A DNA stretch of 64,000 nt, taken from NCBI GenBank assembly GCA_047967505.1, contig CM106538.1. One strand, written 5' to 3'. Below are positions 1 to 14,282 of this stretch, piece after piece. The stretch is from Dipteris shenzhenensis. Lineage: Eukaryota. Made by a program: the position numbers and the translations under genes. Every line of letters begins with the position of its first letter. The first letter of the stretch is position 1. The notes beneath the pieces are model-generated. The model made no database searches, had not been told where the DNA came from, and saw only the letters and a program-made list of their open reading frames with translations.

Positions 1-1236
1 CAAAAACTTCATTGTCCAAATAATAGAAATTTGTATAAATGAACCATGAAGAGAATTATTCTCTCTATACTTACTAGTTATATCTAAAGAGCAGCCTAAG
101 CTTTGAGCTTAGACATGTTTGAAAAGCTTACATTCCTTAGTATACTCTACTCTTTTCCTTGAAACTTATGTGCACATAAGTTTGTTGCTATAGGATATTT
201 TGAATAAAGTTTCATAGAAAAATCCGAGAAAACCTCTATCAAATTATAGAAGTGACTTCAAAATTAGGGTTTCACTAAACATTACATAATTATAAAAACA
301 TTAAGTCAGCTTAAAACTAATACATACCTAGACCTTGAATTTTTTTGAGAAGCTTGTACACCTTAGTATACGATATTTTTTCCCTTAAAATTTGCCTACA
401 AAAAAATGTATTGCGACAAAATCTTCCGAAATCTATTATGAACAAACTTTCATAGCATATAAGAGAAACCAAGGAACATATGCTCAAAGTTCATCCAAAG
501 CTCTATTGAATCACAAAGACATTATCATGCTTGTACAAACGTGATTTCTAAAGATATTGTATGAATTGCAAAGACATTATAATGCTTGTCGAATATAACG
601 CTTGTACAAAAGTGAGGTGTCATTGAACATTGCAAAAAAAAACTTCAAATAAATGCTTATTCTCATTTTTCTTTACTAGTTATACTTCAAGAGGTGCTAA
701 GCTTTGAGGTCTAACAAATAAATGCATACCTAGACCTTAAGTATGTTTGAGAAGCCTATCTTCCTAGTATACTACACTCTTCTCCTACAAACTTACTACA
801 ACAAAGTATTTCAAAATCTATTTGAAATAATTTCACATAAAAAATAATAGTTCGAACATATGTTTAAAATTCATACAAATCTTTCTACCGTTTGTGTCAA
901 ACTAGGAAACAATTGTAATGTTTTAAAAAATCCAAGAGCATTGATTCATTCCAAAGCTCCTTATTTTCACTATACTTCAGTAGTTGAAAGAATATAGTAC
1001 CTCTTCTCCATGAAGCAAGCTTGTAGATAGAAGAAATCACCAAAACATGTTTGAAATTAAAAGAAAATGAATGCTTATACCAAAATAAATACAAGAAGCA
1101 ATATCTATGAAGATCAAAAGAACGATGAATGCAAGTTTGAGCTTGAAGATCAATCCTCTTTCGATCTTCTTTCAAGGAATCTTGTTCAAGTATCTCCTCC
1201 AAGCTAGAGGCATGCTAGTAAGTCATTGTTCCCTAT
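1..1236. mobile_element. Non-autonomous TIR element (~1.29 kb), copy 1, 5' end outside the window
   Basis: Near-identical to 1292-2528 (only one A-run length difference seen). Ends in AGTCATTGTTCCCTAT (1221-1236), the reverse complement of the start of copy 2. Confidence 0.7.
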
Positions 1237-1240
1237 AATC

Positions 1241-2528
1241 ATAGGGAACAATGACTAATACTAAAGAAAATATGAATATTAATAAATTTAACAAAAACTT
1301 CATTGTCCAAATAATAGAAATTTGTATAAATGAACCATGAAGAGAATTATTCTCTCTATACTTACTAGTTATATCTAAAGAGCAGCCTAAGCTTTGAGCT
1401 TAGACATGTTTGAAAAGCTTACATTCCTTAGTATACTCTACTCTTTTCCTTGAAACTTATGTGCACATAAGTTTGTTGCTATAGGATATTTTGAATAAAG
1501 TTTCATAGAAAAATCCGAGAAAACCTCTATCAAATTATAGAAGTGACTTCAAAATTAGGGTTTCACTAAACATTACATAATTATAAAAACATTAAGTCAG
1601 CTTAAAACTAATACATACCTAGACCTTGAATTTTTTTGAGAAGCTTGTACACCTTAGTATACGATATTTTTTCCCTTAAAATTTGCCTACAAAAAAATGT
1701 ATTGCGACAAAATCTTCCGAAATCTATTATGAACAAACTTTCATAGCATATAAGAGAAACCAAGGAACATATGCTCAAAGTTCATCCAAAGCTCTATTGA
1801 ATCACAAAGACATTATCATGCTTGTACAAACGTGATTTCTAAAGATATTGTATGAATTGCAAAGACATTATAATGCTTGTCGAATATAACGCTTGTACAA
1901 AAGTGAGGTGTCATTGAACATTGCAAAAAAAAAACTTCAAATAAATGCTTATTCTCATTTTTCTTTACTAGTTATACTTCAAGAGGTGCTAAGCTTTGAG
2001 GTCTAACAAATAAATGCATACCTAGACCTTAAGTATGTTTGAGAAGCCTATCTTCCTAGTATACTACACTCTTCTCCTACAAACTTACTACAACAAAGTA
2101 TTTCAAAATCTATTTGAAATAATTTCACATAAAAAATAATAGTTCGAACATATGTTTAAAATTCATACAAATCTTTCTACCGTTTGTGTCAAACTAGGAA
2201 ACAATTGTAATGTTTTAAAAAATCCAAGAGCATTGATTCATTCCAAAGCTCCTTATTTTCACTATACTTCAGTAGTTGAAAGAATATAGTACCTCTTCTC
2301 CATGAAGCAAGCTTGTAGATAGAAGAAATCACCAAAACATGTTTGAAATTAAAAGAAAATGAATGCTTATACCAAAATAAATACAAGAAGCAATATCTAT
2401 GAAGATCAAAAGAACGATGAATGCAAGTTTGAGCTTGAAGATCAATCCTCTTTCGATCTTCTTTCAAGGAATCTTGTTCAAGTATCTCCTCCAAGCTAGA
2501 GGCATGCTAGTAAGTCATTGTTCCCTAT
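1241..2528. mobile_element. Non-autonomous TIR element (~1.29 kb), complete copy 2
   Basis: 16-bp perfect TIRs: ATAGGGAACAATGACT (1241-1256) and AGTCATTGTTCCCTAT (2513-2528). Flanked by AATC on both sides. AT-rich, no credible ORF. Confidence 0.75.
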
Positions 2529-3855
2529 AATCACATTGATTGTGCAACAAATCAAAGAGAGGCCCTCAAAGATCTTGTGCGTCTTGACTCCAACCGTTTG
2601 AAATGGAGAAGGAAACAGAGATGAGGAAAAAAATAACGAGATTGTGCATAGATACTCTAAAAAAGCAAGCGTGATACATCTCAATCAATTTTTTGAAAGA
2701 ATGGAGATGGAGAGAGATAAAGAATGACGAGATCACGATGAGAAAATACGCAAAAGATAAGGAGTAACAAAGAAAGAAGGTTCCCACTCAAAAGAGAGAT
2801 GAGATTCAAAATTAGGCTTATGGAGAGGAGGAGGAACCTTAAAAGACACCAAAAATTGAGTAAGAGGGAAGAGAAAAATGTGGGAGATGGAATGAAGGTA
2901 GACATTTGATGATTTCAAGAGATTCAATTTAGGTTTGCTTGAGAAATTGATTTACAAGTTTCATTATGATTCAAAAACATGATAAGGAGCTCAGGGTACA
3001 AGTTGGAGAGTTGCATTTGACCGAATTCAAAAGAGGGAGAATCATGTCACATCCCACTCTCCATATGCCAAATTTATATTTAGATTTATTCGTCTTATCC
3101 TATGATATCAAGGCTCTGTTTTTAGTCTAACATTTTTGTAGGATTCTCTAGCATGTGCACAATCACATAGTTAAATATACAAATTGCAAATAGAGGCCCC
3201 CACTTTGTGAAAAATGATATTAGGGCATGGAAGATGGAGAGGGATAAATTGGGGGTAGGGATACTTTGACATGTGTAGGCCTTCTAAAGCTGTCTGCACC
3301 AACTCCAGCACATAAAGAGAGATCTCCCTTCATCAATTATGCCCGTCGCTTGTTCACCCTTCTTGCCCTCTTCCTTCCCCCTTCCCTTCCACCCTTCCTT
3401 TGGCTGGAGACGCTCCTCCACCTCTTTAGCTTGGTGGAAAGGTCACAAGAGCGAGCAAAATACTCAATCAAAGCCGCGTACGGGGAGGACGATTAGCCTG
3501 GGAGTGATGAAAGGTAGAGGAGGCAACAACATAAACCTCGAATCGAACTACTCAGCACAAACGATTAACATCATCGCTGCTTCGTCATTAGCAATGGAGG
3601 CCCAGAATGCACATATAAATAAGGTCGGTCTACAGTGGCGTGAAGCCCTCCATGGTGATTTAAACGTTTGTTGTGGCTGGGAAGCAGGCAAAAAACGAGC
3701 TGCTTAATGAGGGAAGCAATAAAATCAACTAGCATTTCTCGTGTGGAAAGTATTGTTTTAGCATGCACGCGGGCATGTGTGTGCATCCGCATGTGCAAGA
3801 ACTTTTACATGTGTGCGTGTGTGTCTGTGTGCACATGCAAGCACTTCTGCATTTT

Positions 3856-3895
3856 TGTGTGTGTGAGAGAGAGAGAGAGAGAGAGTTGTAGGGAG

Positions 3896-3930
<35 letters not shown>
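3856..3930. repeat. (GT)n/(GA)n compound microsatellite
   Basis: Short GT run followed by two long GA runs. Confidence 0.95.
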
Positions 3931-4168
3931 TTGTATAGCTCTCGAGTTCGCTTTCAAGATACTAACAATCTAGCAATCTTAATCTAATAGCAGATTCACC
4001 ATCGATTTCAAAAAACATTACAGCTTTCACTTATTTTGACATCGCTTGATCCGTTATTGTGCAAGTAAACTGGGAGAATCATCTCACTGATAGATCGCTT
4101 ATTCATCTAGAAACGAGCAGTTCTGCTTCTGAGCGGTGCATATGCGATCCACATCATTAAGCAACAGC

Positions 4169-5134
4169 TCATACAAGGGAATAATTGATGGTAATTTTTC
4201 CTTCATTTGGATCTGCTATGTCTGCGAACGCATCTGCTGATAAATCGAAGGTTCCTTGACAACCAGGGGGACAGTAATCCACGATTTTTACTGTTATAGA
4301 TCCACTTCTACATGGTTGCGCAACCCCAGCATTTGTCCCACCCGTGCATGTGATTGTGTACATTTGGCCACATGCAGCGCCTCCATTCCAAATCGTATCG
4401 CTGGCTGCTGCGAACAAGTTTCCAGCAGGGAATTGGTTCGGGTCATTGCCGTAACATTTAGACGCTGCATAGCCGAGCCAAGTCAGTAAAGAGCCAATGC
4501 TTACACGAGACTCATCTACACATACAGGTCTTAAAACGACTATGATTACGACGCTGCTTTATTGAAAGAAACACGAGTTGAGATATTACTTTCTCAAATG
4601 GCCAATGTATGAAAAAGGTGAACCTACGTCTACTTAACACTAACTTAGTTTTTAAGACGGTCAGCTTGACCAAAAACCAAAGAAAAACCTACCATCGGTC
4701 CAGATTAGGCAAGAACAGCGTTTGTCCAAGCACGAGTAATCGTATTAATATGACAGCGCGTTTGTTCAAGCACAAGTCAGCCTGATAATCGAATCAGGTT
4801 TGAAGCACAATGTAAGCGCTCCTGCTTGAGGATTCTTACGTATCGATTGCTAGCTGAAACGATTGCCGCAAATCGACAAGTATTGATTACTAAAAAACAC
4901 GATCGCTACCAGTATCGAACACCAAATCGGCATGCTACCGCGTGAGCAACGATTACATCACCACAACAATCTAACAGCTAATAAGGGCAAATCGGGCACT
5001 CGTGTCGCTTCTCGAATATATAAGAGCTTACGAGTGTAAGGAGGCGTGTAGAACGTAGCAGTTCCAGAATCAGCACCTACGCCTGCTGCCAGAGCTAACA
5101 TAAGAGCAGCAAGGGAAACCCAACGGCAAGCCAT
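4169..5134 (-). CDS. EG45-like domain protein / plant natriuretic peptide-like (DPBB, expansin-related), secreted, 132 aa, two exons (5134-5032 and 4464-4169)
   Basis: Exon 1 is MACRWVSLAALMLALAAGVGADSGTATFYTPPYT (signal peptide plus GTATFY) with donor GTAAGC. Acceptor is ATGCAG. Exon 2 reads PSKCYGNDPNQFPAGNLFAAAS...WNGGAACG...C...C...VKIVDYCP...DLS..AF..IA...G.I.I.Y. The spliced CDS is 399 nt and in frame. Confidence 0.93.
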
Positions 5135-5172
5135 GATGCTACGATATACGAATCTCATATGTTGAGAATGCA

Positions 5173-5179
5173 ATTTATA
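5173..5179 (-). promoter_or_regulatory. Possible TATA box of the EG45-like gene
   Basis: TATAAAT on the minus strand about 40 nt upstream of the ATG. Confidence 0.35.
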
Positions 5180-5788
5180 GGCTACTGAGCGAGCTGTCTC
5201 AACGTGAAGTCTACGGCGGGGACTGTGTTTCAAAGTTCGAATTATAGCAGTGTACGCTATGAGAAGTTTTTCGGGTATGCGTTATTGCTTGTTGCAAGAG
5301 ATTTCAAGGAGAGTGAAGCGTCTCTCTTTACATCGCCTGCCAATCCGACATCAGGGCGATTGCATTTTAAACGTCTCTTTCTAAAAAGCTAGTTTCCCAG
5401 TTTCTGTTAACCTTTCTTTACTGGAATCTTACATTCAGCCCTCCCTTCGACCTTCCGGGAGTCTCCAGAAACAGAGTCGACGGTCGTTTCCACCTTTAAG
5501 AAAGAGTTTTCAAACTTCAAACGTCACCCAGGCACTCCTTTCAACCTTCGATTGCGTAAAGTCAGCATTTCACATGCTGAACATGCAATTTTCGCGAGGT
5601 ACCTCGGCGTGAATTAGATCTACTGCAGGACTACCTTCTAGAAAGGCCTCGAATTGAAGGATAGCTGAAAACATCACCAATCTTTATGGAGGACAAGATT
5701 ATACGTTTGAAAGAGTTGTCCTTCTTTAAGAATATACCCAATGTGTTCAACAAATTTCAAATAGTGTTGAGAATTCCTAAAAATCCAC

Positions 5789-6082
5789 TAGCATTTTCCT
5801 TGAACATCAAGGTCCGCGGTCCCTTGGAATTGATTTCCAGCGGTTCGATCGTTGGCATGTCCTTCGAGGAAGATGCAATCCGTGGACTCTCACGTTAAGG
5901 GTATGTGCACATGAGTCCTGTAGAGCGACGTTGGTTAGCATTTTCCTTGAACATCAAGGTCGGCGGTCCGTTGGAATTGATTTCCAGCCGTTCGATCATT
6001 GGCATGTCCTTCAAGGAAGATGCAATCCGTGGACTCTCACGTTAAGGGTATGTGCACACGAGTCTTGTAGAGCGACGTTGGT
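5789..6082. repeat. Tandem duplication, 2 x ~147 bp
   Basis: TAGCATTTT...GAGCGACGTTGGT at 5789-5935 and 5936-6082, with a few substitutions. Confidence 0.9.
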
Positions 6083-9000
6083 GGCTGGTTTTGGAACTTG
6101 GCCCAAAGTTCCATGCAGTTTTGGAGCACCACTAGTGCTCAAAACTGCACCAGCTCCATTGTCCATAGTGCCAAGATTTCAGCACCGGTGCTCCATTTCG
6201 CCTCCACGCAATCACCACTTGCCATTTGGCTCTGAGTACAGCCTTCAATGCAGTCTGCAACATTCTGTAGCTCACTGCATTCTGCTCCCTTTCGTCTCCA
6301 CCCAATCACCACTTGCCATGTGTCTCTCAAGACAACATTCAATGAACTGTGCAGCTCCCTCCGCCAGAGCCATTAAATATTTCAATTCGTTCACATGAGT
6401 TAATTTATCTTGCATACCATCATGGTCTTGCATGGCATCCATTGCAGAAAGTATTATCTTGGAATAAAAGAATACAATATCAACCCTCATGTAATCTTTA
6501 TGGTCTCTTGTGTTTCATTCCTCCACACATTTCAAGGATGTTGTTCCAATCTACATTAGGAAAACAGGGAGCTCATTTTGGGGCCTTGAGAGAAATTCAT
6601 GATTTCTTTATTTTTTTTCTCTAAAATAATAAAATATGACATAACCCCATTGACATACGGTGCGAAATTTGATATTTTTGACAACACCGGCACGTTCGGG
6701 CAGGCCAAGACCCTCGAAAAGGCTTTTGAAATGCCAAAAATGGGCCCCCGGAGGCTCGAGAAAGGCCAAAAAAGGCCCGAAAAGCGACTTGTACAAATAA
6801 AAGCGATCCCCTACATCCTCTGCATCCCTCATTGCTATCCCCTTGGGAAATCAAACCTAATCACATCTTCAATCTCTAGCTTAAGCTTCTTATGCAGCTC
6901 TTCTAGCTGATTAGAGATTAACTCATAGCCTAACGCTAGATGGGAGTTGGCCTGTTTAGTTAAGCTCAAAAGCATAGAATTTCGCTCATTGCCTAAGAAG
7001 AAGTGCTTATTCATTCTTACGACTTGTCTTATGTACTCTTCTTTGCAAATGTTGCTGCATCTTCACTTTCCACCAACTAACATTGTAACAAAGTCCTTTG
7101 GCGTTGTAGGATTTCGACCTTATCCATTCGCCTCATCCTCGCCTCATCCCAAGATTATGGATGTGCTATTGCAGAATTTGTCATAGCTTATGATTCTTGA
7201 TGTGCTACATTTGCATGGGTGTCTCCTCACAAAATGATTGCATGTCCCTTACATTTTTTGATGCACTTTCGCTCATCACCTAAGAAGTGTTTACTCATTA
7301 TTGGGATTGGTCCGCACAACTTTTCTCGACAAATGTTACATCTCCATGAATCAAGTTTCATGTTCCTGATACCTGATTTAATGCATACTTTTTAAATCAT
7401 GTCTACAATGTATTGAAAGTAGACAGAGTATGCATTGGACATATGAATTAATTGTATTCAATGAACCGTGTACAAGTATGTAGGTGAGGACATATGTGAT
7501 GGTTATGAAGAGGCATACCCTCTTATAATTGTGTGTGTGTGTGAGAGAATCAAGACCTTATCAATCTTACTTCCCTTATTGATATGGTGATTCGAAAAGA
7601 GTATCTATATGCTATAATATTAATAGTTATTCAATGCTTTCCTAGTCTATCCAAGATCAAGAGTAGAATGAATGATGAGTAGCATGAATAATTTAGTCTC
7701 CATTTTGCTTTGGTTGCATATGGCACTTGATCATTCATCTTCAAATGCATTTCTTGAGCTTGTGCATTGATTCTCCCCCTCAATCGAGAGAAAGGGATCA
7801 TCAATGCTACATCTTGAATGTCAGCGTATTGTTTTTCATCATGGGTGATTTTTTAATGTTAGTCTCGTTAAGAAGCTAAAGTTTTATATTGGTGTCGAAA
7901 GTTTGTATGCCCTAATAAAAAATAAAAATTTGAGATATTCGCTAGTGGAAGATCTCGGTCATGGTTGATCCTGGTCGTGATTGATCGCTACGCAATTTGT
8001 TGTATCGAATGCACATCTTAGGATCTTCCATCAGAAAGATAGAGTATTTTCCTTTCATTAAGTAGGGAGGTCCTAATATCCATGGGGTCTCGAAGGGGAT
8101 GACCTTTCAATTTCAATAAAGGAGAATGGAATGCATTAATTCTTTTCTTTCCCCATAGGTTGAGAAGCAAAAGGGAGGCTGTCAGGTATCCACCATAAGC
8201 CCTTTCTCGTTTGAACCTTGTCGTTGAATTTGAAACTTTAATGCAACAAAACTAAAAGTTTCACTAGGATTTACATATTTTCCTTTAAAATTCAAAGGAA
8301 TATATATATGTGTACTACAATGTATCAATATCGTGAAACTAAAAAAATGAGCTCAATACACTTTTGCCAAGATCTTATATTAATATATAAGCACAACTTC
8401 TATAAAAACATCCATGGTTTTCAACATCGTCGTCTTGATCATCATAATAGTAATCATCTTAATCTTCTTCATTTCCAAGATCATTATCTTCTTGATTGTG
8501 CTTTGGTGGATAGTCTTCATCAACATTTTCTTGGGAGACGTTCTGATCATCATAGTCATTTATGTCGTTGCCTCCATCATCTAGGTCATCCTCATCATCT
8601 TCTTCATCTGATTTGTCTTGATCACCGTCAGCATCTCCATCTACATCTTCTTCATCATTGTTTCCTTTATCTTGACCGTCTAGTTCTTCACGCTCTTGCG
8701 AGGTGTTATTCCTACACTCCCCTCTATTTTGTCATATGTGACCACCAAAATGGGTGCCAGAAAGTGCAGTGTACTGCGCAAAAGAGTTGCACGACGACCA
8801 TAATCAAACTCATCACCTCACAGTTGTGCACCTGCAGCTCTACCACCACACCACCTGTGTATTCATGCACATGTGTGTGTGGATCATTGCACATATGTGA
8901 GATCCACTACGTAGTTGCACCTCCGGCATTAAAAAACTTGCTCTGGGTGGTTAGGACCCATTGCGTGTGAAAACGACAACTCTAAGTGATTGAGAAATAA

Positions 9001-9921
9001 CATTAGGCCGATCATCTTCTGAAGAAGATTTGTCTTGGAGATTTTCGGTGAAGTGCCATCAATGTCATCTTGATTTTCAACATTGTCTGCTACTTCATCG
9101 ACGTGCTTAATAGCTCTCTTGTGCATCAACAGTCTGATCATTTACATTAGAAATGTCCTATCCTATGCTACATGAAACATAGCCTAGTGCACTTGATAGA
9201 TTGACAGACCATGCTATTTTGTATTGTCGTCTGCTTGTTCATGTGCACTGTTGAGATCTTGTGGCCAATAGATGCTACATTAAAATCCATTTTCTCCCCA
9301 AGATGAAACGGATTGTTGATTGTCATGCATAGATAAAGTGATGTCTTTTTCTTGAATTTGGGATTTACTCATGGTGTTGCATTGAATTGAAATTCATTCT
9401 AAACCAAGCAAACATTTTGGGGTCTTAAATGTTCGCATGCCAATCTTTGAGCAAGAAAGGCTTCCGATCATATTCATGAGCATAGACGTGCATATTAGGA
9501 ATCATGTATCACGTACATTGAGAAAAAAGTCACTGTTGATGACTCTGATTGTAGTCATGGATTCATCATCACTATCTATTTGTCTATGGCATTGGGAATG
9601 TGAGTCACCTCCTCCATTTCGTACGTCCTTCAGGTGGATGTTGAGGCGGAAGTTCTTGGCAAGCACTGAGAAAAAGGCCCTGTTTTTGTTGTGCGACCAC
9701 TGCTCTGCAGGTTGGTGAAAAGTTGCCGCAGAAATTACATCGTATGCCTGTGCGCGGAGATATTGGGAGTTGCAGAATCATCCTTATTGCCTGTTGATGC
9801 AAAATCATCACTAGGAAGTGACTATGTGGTCAAATACCACTTTCGTCAGTTTTGCAAATTTGCCCTTGTGAAGCAGAAGCTGTGTTTTTTGTAGTGACAG
9901 AATATTTTGCAGTGTTCTGTA

Positions 9922-12900
9922 ATGGCGTCTGATTCTCTTTCACAGATTGTCACTGAAAAGCTTGACAAGAACAACTTCTAGGCATGGAAGTTTAGAATGA
10001 TGAATTTCCTTATGGGAAAAGGCTATTGGGAGTTCATTTTAGGAAATGAAAAAGAACCAGCTCTTTCTAATGTTCCCAATCAACAGGAAATGCAGGCATT
10101 TAAAGGATGGCATGAGAGAGTTAGAAAAGTTATGTGCTGGTAGTTTATCAGTATTTTAGATTCTATGATTGTGCATATTCAGGATGCAAGTACGCTAAAG
10201 GAGGCATGGGATACTTTGGCAAAAATGTACAACACAAATATGCAAGCCAGGAAAATGCAGCTCAAGCAAGAGTTGCACAATGTGTAGAGAGAAAATATGA
10301 GCATCAATGACTACTACATGAAGGTGAAGAAAATTGCAGATGCACTTGCTTCCATTGGGTCGCCAGTGGAAGACGATGATTTAGTTTTTGTGACCTTGAA
10401 TGGTCTAGGAAAGGATTATGCACAGTTCCGGACATCCATTGCCGTCCTGAAAAATTTCTTGATTTTGAGGATTTGTTTGCTCTTCTAATTTCTGAAGAGC
10501 AGAGACATGGTGGTGCATCTTCTCCAAGAGGAACTTCAAAAGAAACTATCTTCTACTCAAATGCTGGAAGAGGCAGAGGCAGAGGTAGAGGAGGTTGATC
10601 TGGAGGCCGTGGTAGAAATAAGAATATGTAGCAAACTCAAGAAAACCAGTCCTATGGAGGAGGACCTGGTAACTCTAGAGGTAGGGGGAGCCAAAGAGGT
10701 CGTGGAGGATGGTAGAGAGGCTAAAATGCAAACAGCAATGTTGAATGCTAGTATTGTGGTAAAATGGGTCATATGGCTAAAGACTGCTACAAAAAGCAGA
10801 ATGACATTATGAATGGAAAATTGCAGCAAGGCAATTATGCATCCTCTAGTAGACAGGGTGATGACAAAAATGAGCATTTGTTTATGGTGCAGCACATGAC
10901 CAATTCTGTGACAAGTGTAGAAGAAAGCAATGATGTGTGGTATGTTGACTCAGGTGCATCAAACCACATGACAGGTCATGCAGAATGGATGCAAGATGCA
11001 AGGAAAATGAAAAAACCAGGATTTGTGGAGATTGGTGATGATACTACACATCCTATTGTGCAGATTGGTAAAATTCCTTTGTTTATGCGGATGGGAAAAA
11101 GAAATACCTGTCTGATGTATTTCATGTCCCGAATATCACCAAGAACCTAGTTTCTGTTGGTCAAATGGTTGAGCAGGGCTTGCAGGTCAGATTTAATCGT
11201 CATGGATGCTTTGTTGAGGATATGAAAAATAACGATCGCTTGATAGCAAAAGGAAAGAAGAAGGGCAGGATGTTTACGTTGGGTGCGGACATGCCTGAAT
11301 TGAGTGCAACAATGTTTGCACATGGGACCGGTGTAGTTGCAGATATTGATATCTGGCATAAACGCATTGGTCATGTAAATGTACAGTGACTTAAATCAAT
11401 GCAGGCCCAAAATATTGTTGTAGGATTGCCTAAATTCAAGGTTGCAGAAATGCATAAGGTATGTGAAGCCTGTCAATTTGGAAAACAGGCAAGGAAACCA
11501 TTTCCTAGACATGTTCAAGAGAGTAAGAAGCCATTGGAATTAATCCACTCTGATGTGTGGACTACTAAAGCTGCATCTATTGGAGGCTGTCATTATTTTT
11601 TCACTTTTATTGATGACTACAGCAGAAAAGTTTGGGTGTATTTTATAAAAAAGAAAAGTGAAGTGTTTGGGCATTTCGAAGCTTTTAAAGCTATGGTTGA
11701 AAAAGAAACAGGCCTGCAAATAAAATGCCTAAGGCTAGATGGAGGGGGAGAGTACCTCTCAAATGAGTTTGCAAGGTTCCTGCAAGAGCATGGCATGAAG
11801 CAGTAATATTCATGCAGTCATACCCCACAGCAAAATGGACTTGCAGAAAGGAAAAACAGGCATATTAGAGAGGTATCTCGGGCCATGCTAAATGAAAAAG
11901 ACGTACTAGATTATTATTAGGCTGAAGCGATTGCTACAACAGTTTACATAATGAACAGGACTCCCACTATAGTAATACATGGCATGACGCCAGAGGAGAT
12001 GGATACTGGTAGGAAATCAGATATTTCTCATTTGAAAATTTTTGGTTGCATTGCCTATGTTCATGTGCCAGATGAGTTGAGGTCCTAGTTGAATCCAAAA
12101 GCTGAGAAGTGCATCTTTATTGGTTATTCTCTACAGCAGAAAGGGTATAGATGCTATAACCCTTCTACTCGTAAGTTTACAGTGAGCAGAGATGTTGTTT
12201 TTGATGAGATGAGCAGCTGGTATAAACCAGTAAATGTGATTGATGATGTAGATGCACAAAATGGTAATGCTGCACATAATTCACAGCAGCAATCACAAAA
12301 TATTAGTGGACCTGTAGTGTCCTCTAGCAATGGTTCACATACTTTGCCATGGACAGGCAGATTGAGATCAGGAGAATCTCCTCAAAGCAATGCAGATAGT
12401 GGTATGCAGGTATCATGAAAAGGAAAAGAGAAGGTAGATCAGCCCATGTTTGATGTGAATGCAGGTCACTGTTATGTGGATGGTGAATCCAGTGGCTCAG
12501 AACAGAGCATTGATGATGAGTTGGGTATTCATTCTATTGTTACACCTGGAGTAAGAAAGACCAGGGATGTTTTGAGAACACCTGGATGTGAGCCTATTTT
12601 GCACAGGTCTACCAGAGCTAGGTATCGTGTGGATAGGTTGAAATATGATGGATTTACAACCATTTACTATGCCTATATGGTCAAAGTGATATAGGAACCA
12701 GAACCCACTTCTTTTGAGCAAGCCATGGGAAAAGAAAAATGGGAGAAAGCCATGGATGAAGAAATGGATGCCTTGGAAGCAAATGCTACATGGGAATTGG
12801 TGCCTTTGCCTAAAGACAAGAATGCAATTGGCTATAAGTGGGTTTATAAGGTGAAGCACAATGCAAATGGTTCTGTGAACAGATACAAGGCAAGATTAGT

Positions 12901-14282
12901 TGTCAAGGGGTATGCACAGACATATGGCATTGATTATGATGAAACATTCAGTCCGGTTGCAAGGATGGCAACTGTAAGAGAAGTCATTACTATGGCTGCA
13001 TCAAAGGGATGGTCTTTACATCAGATGGATGTAAAGAATGCCTTCTTGCATGGTGATTTGCAAGAAGAGGTCTTTATGGAGCAGCCACCAGGATATGTTC
13101 ATGCTGTTCATCGTGAGTTTGTTTGCAGGTTGAAGAAAGCCTTGTATGGCTTGAAGCAAGCATCTAGAGCATGGTCTGACAAGATAGGACAGTATCTTGT
13201 CACTATTGGCTTTCAGATTTCCAAGGCATATTTCTCACTTTATGTGAGAAAAACAGAGAAAGGTATTATGCTGCTTGTCATTTATGATGATGATTTGATC
13301 ATCATAGGTGATAGTGATGAAGATATCCTTCATGTGAAAATGCTATTGAAGTAGAAGTTTAAGATAAAGGATTTGGGAGAGCTGCGTTATTTCTTAGGCA
13401 TTGAGGTGATTAGATCGCCAAGTGGGATATGGCTCTTGCAGAGGCACTATGGATTGGACATGCTATCCAAATATGGGATGACAGGCTGTAAGCCTATTTC
13501 AGTTCCTTTGGAGCAGAATGTGAAGCTGAGCGTAGATGCAGGTGAGCTTCTGGAAGACCCTACTATGTACAGACGCATAGTAGGAAGTTTGATTTATATG
13601 ACTATTACAGGCCAGATTTGAGCTATGCTATTGGATTGGTAAGTCAGTTTATGCAGACTTCAAGGAAACTGCATTTGGATACGGCTAGACACATACTCAG
13701 GTATGTGAAGTCCACATTGCAGTATGGACTATTTTATGAGGCTAGGGTTCAGATACAGTTGCATGGATACACTGATGCTGATTGGGCTGGTAGTATTTCT
13801 GATAAATGATCTACCAGTGGATATGTGTTCTCTTTTGGGAGTGCTGCAGTCACTGGGAGCAGCAAGAAATAGCCTACAGGTCCCTTATTGAGCATAGAGG
13901 CTGAGTACAGGGGTGCAGCAATGGCTGCATGTGAGGTAGCTTGGTTGCATAAGCTACTTTATGATATGCATCAGTCTACAGATGGGCCAGTTGTCATTTA
14001 TTATGACAACATGAGCAATATACACTTGGCAAATAACTCAGTCTATCATGCTAGAACAAAGCACATTGATGTGCATTATCACTATGTGCAGGAGAAGGTT
14101 TTACTAGGTCTTATTGATCTAGTTTAGGTCAGCTCAGAGGATCAGGTAGCTAACATATTCATGAAGGCATTGGATGCAGAGAAGCTGCGCAAGTTCAGAG
14201 ACCTGCTTGGTGTGCATAATTGAGATTGAGCTCGAGGGGGAGTGTTGAGATATCGAGCTCCACTCGTGATATGCCAAGGTGA
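9922..14282 (+). pseudogene. Copia A gag-pol, many stops and frameshifts
   Basis: ATG at 9922 (MASDSLSQIVTEKLDKNNF). Consecutive ORF fragments carry the zinc knuckle, PR, INT, RT and RH motifs. Confidence 0.92.

Noticed and set aside
897-2494. Two identical 101-aa ORFs
   Set aside because: Non-ATG start, no recognisable domain; a by-product of the duplicated TIR element.
6100-6490. Minus-strand ORF remnants (MDAMQDHDG...)
   Set aside because: Fragmentary, no recognisable family.
6556-6815. Possible hAT-like MITE (CAGGG...CCCTA)
   Set aside because: TIR match is weak and there is no TSD.
8308-9141. His-rich 220-aa ORF on the + strand
   Set aside because: It is the antisense reading of a decayed D/E-rich low-complexity tract; no family could be assigned.
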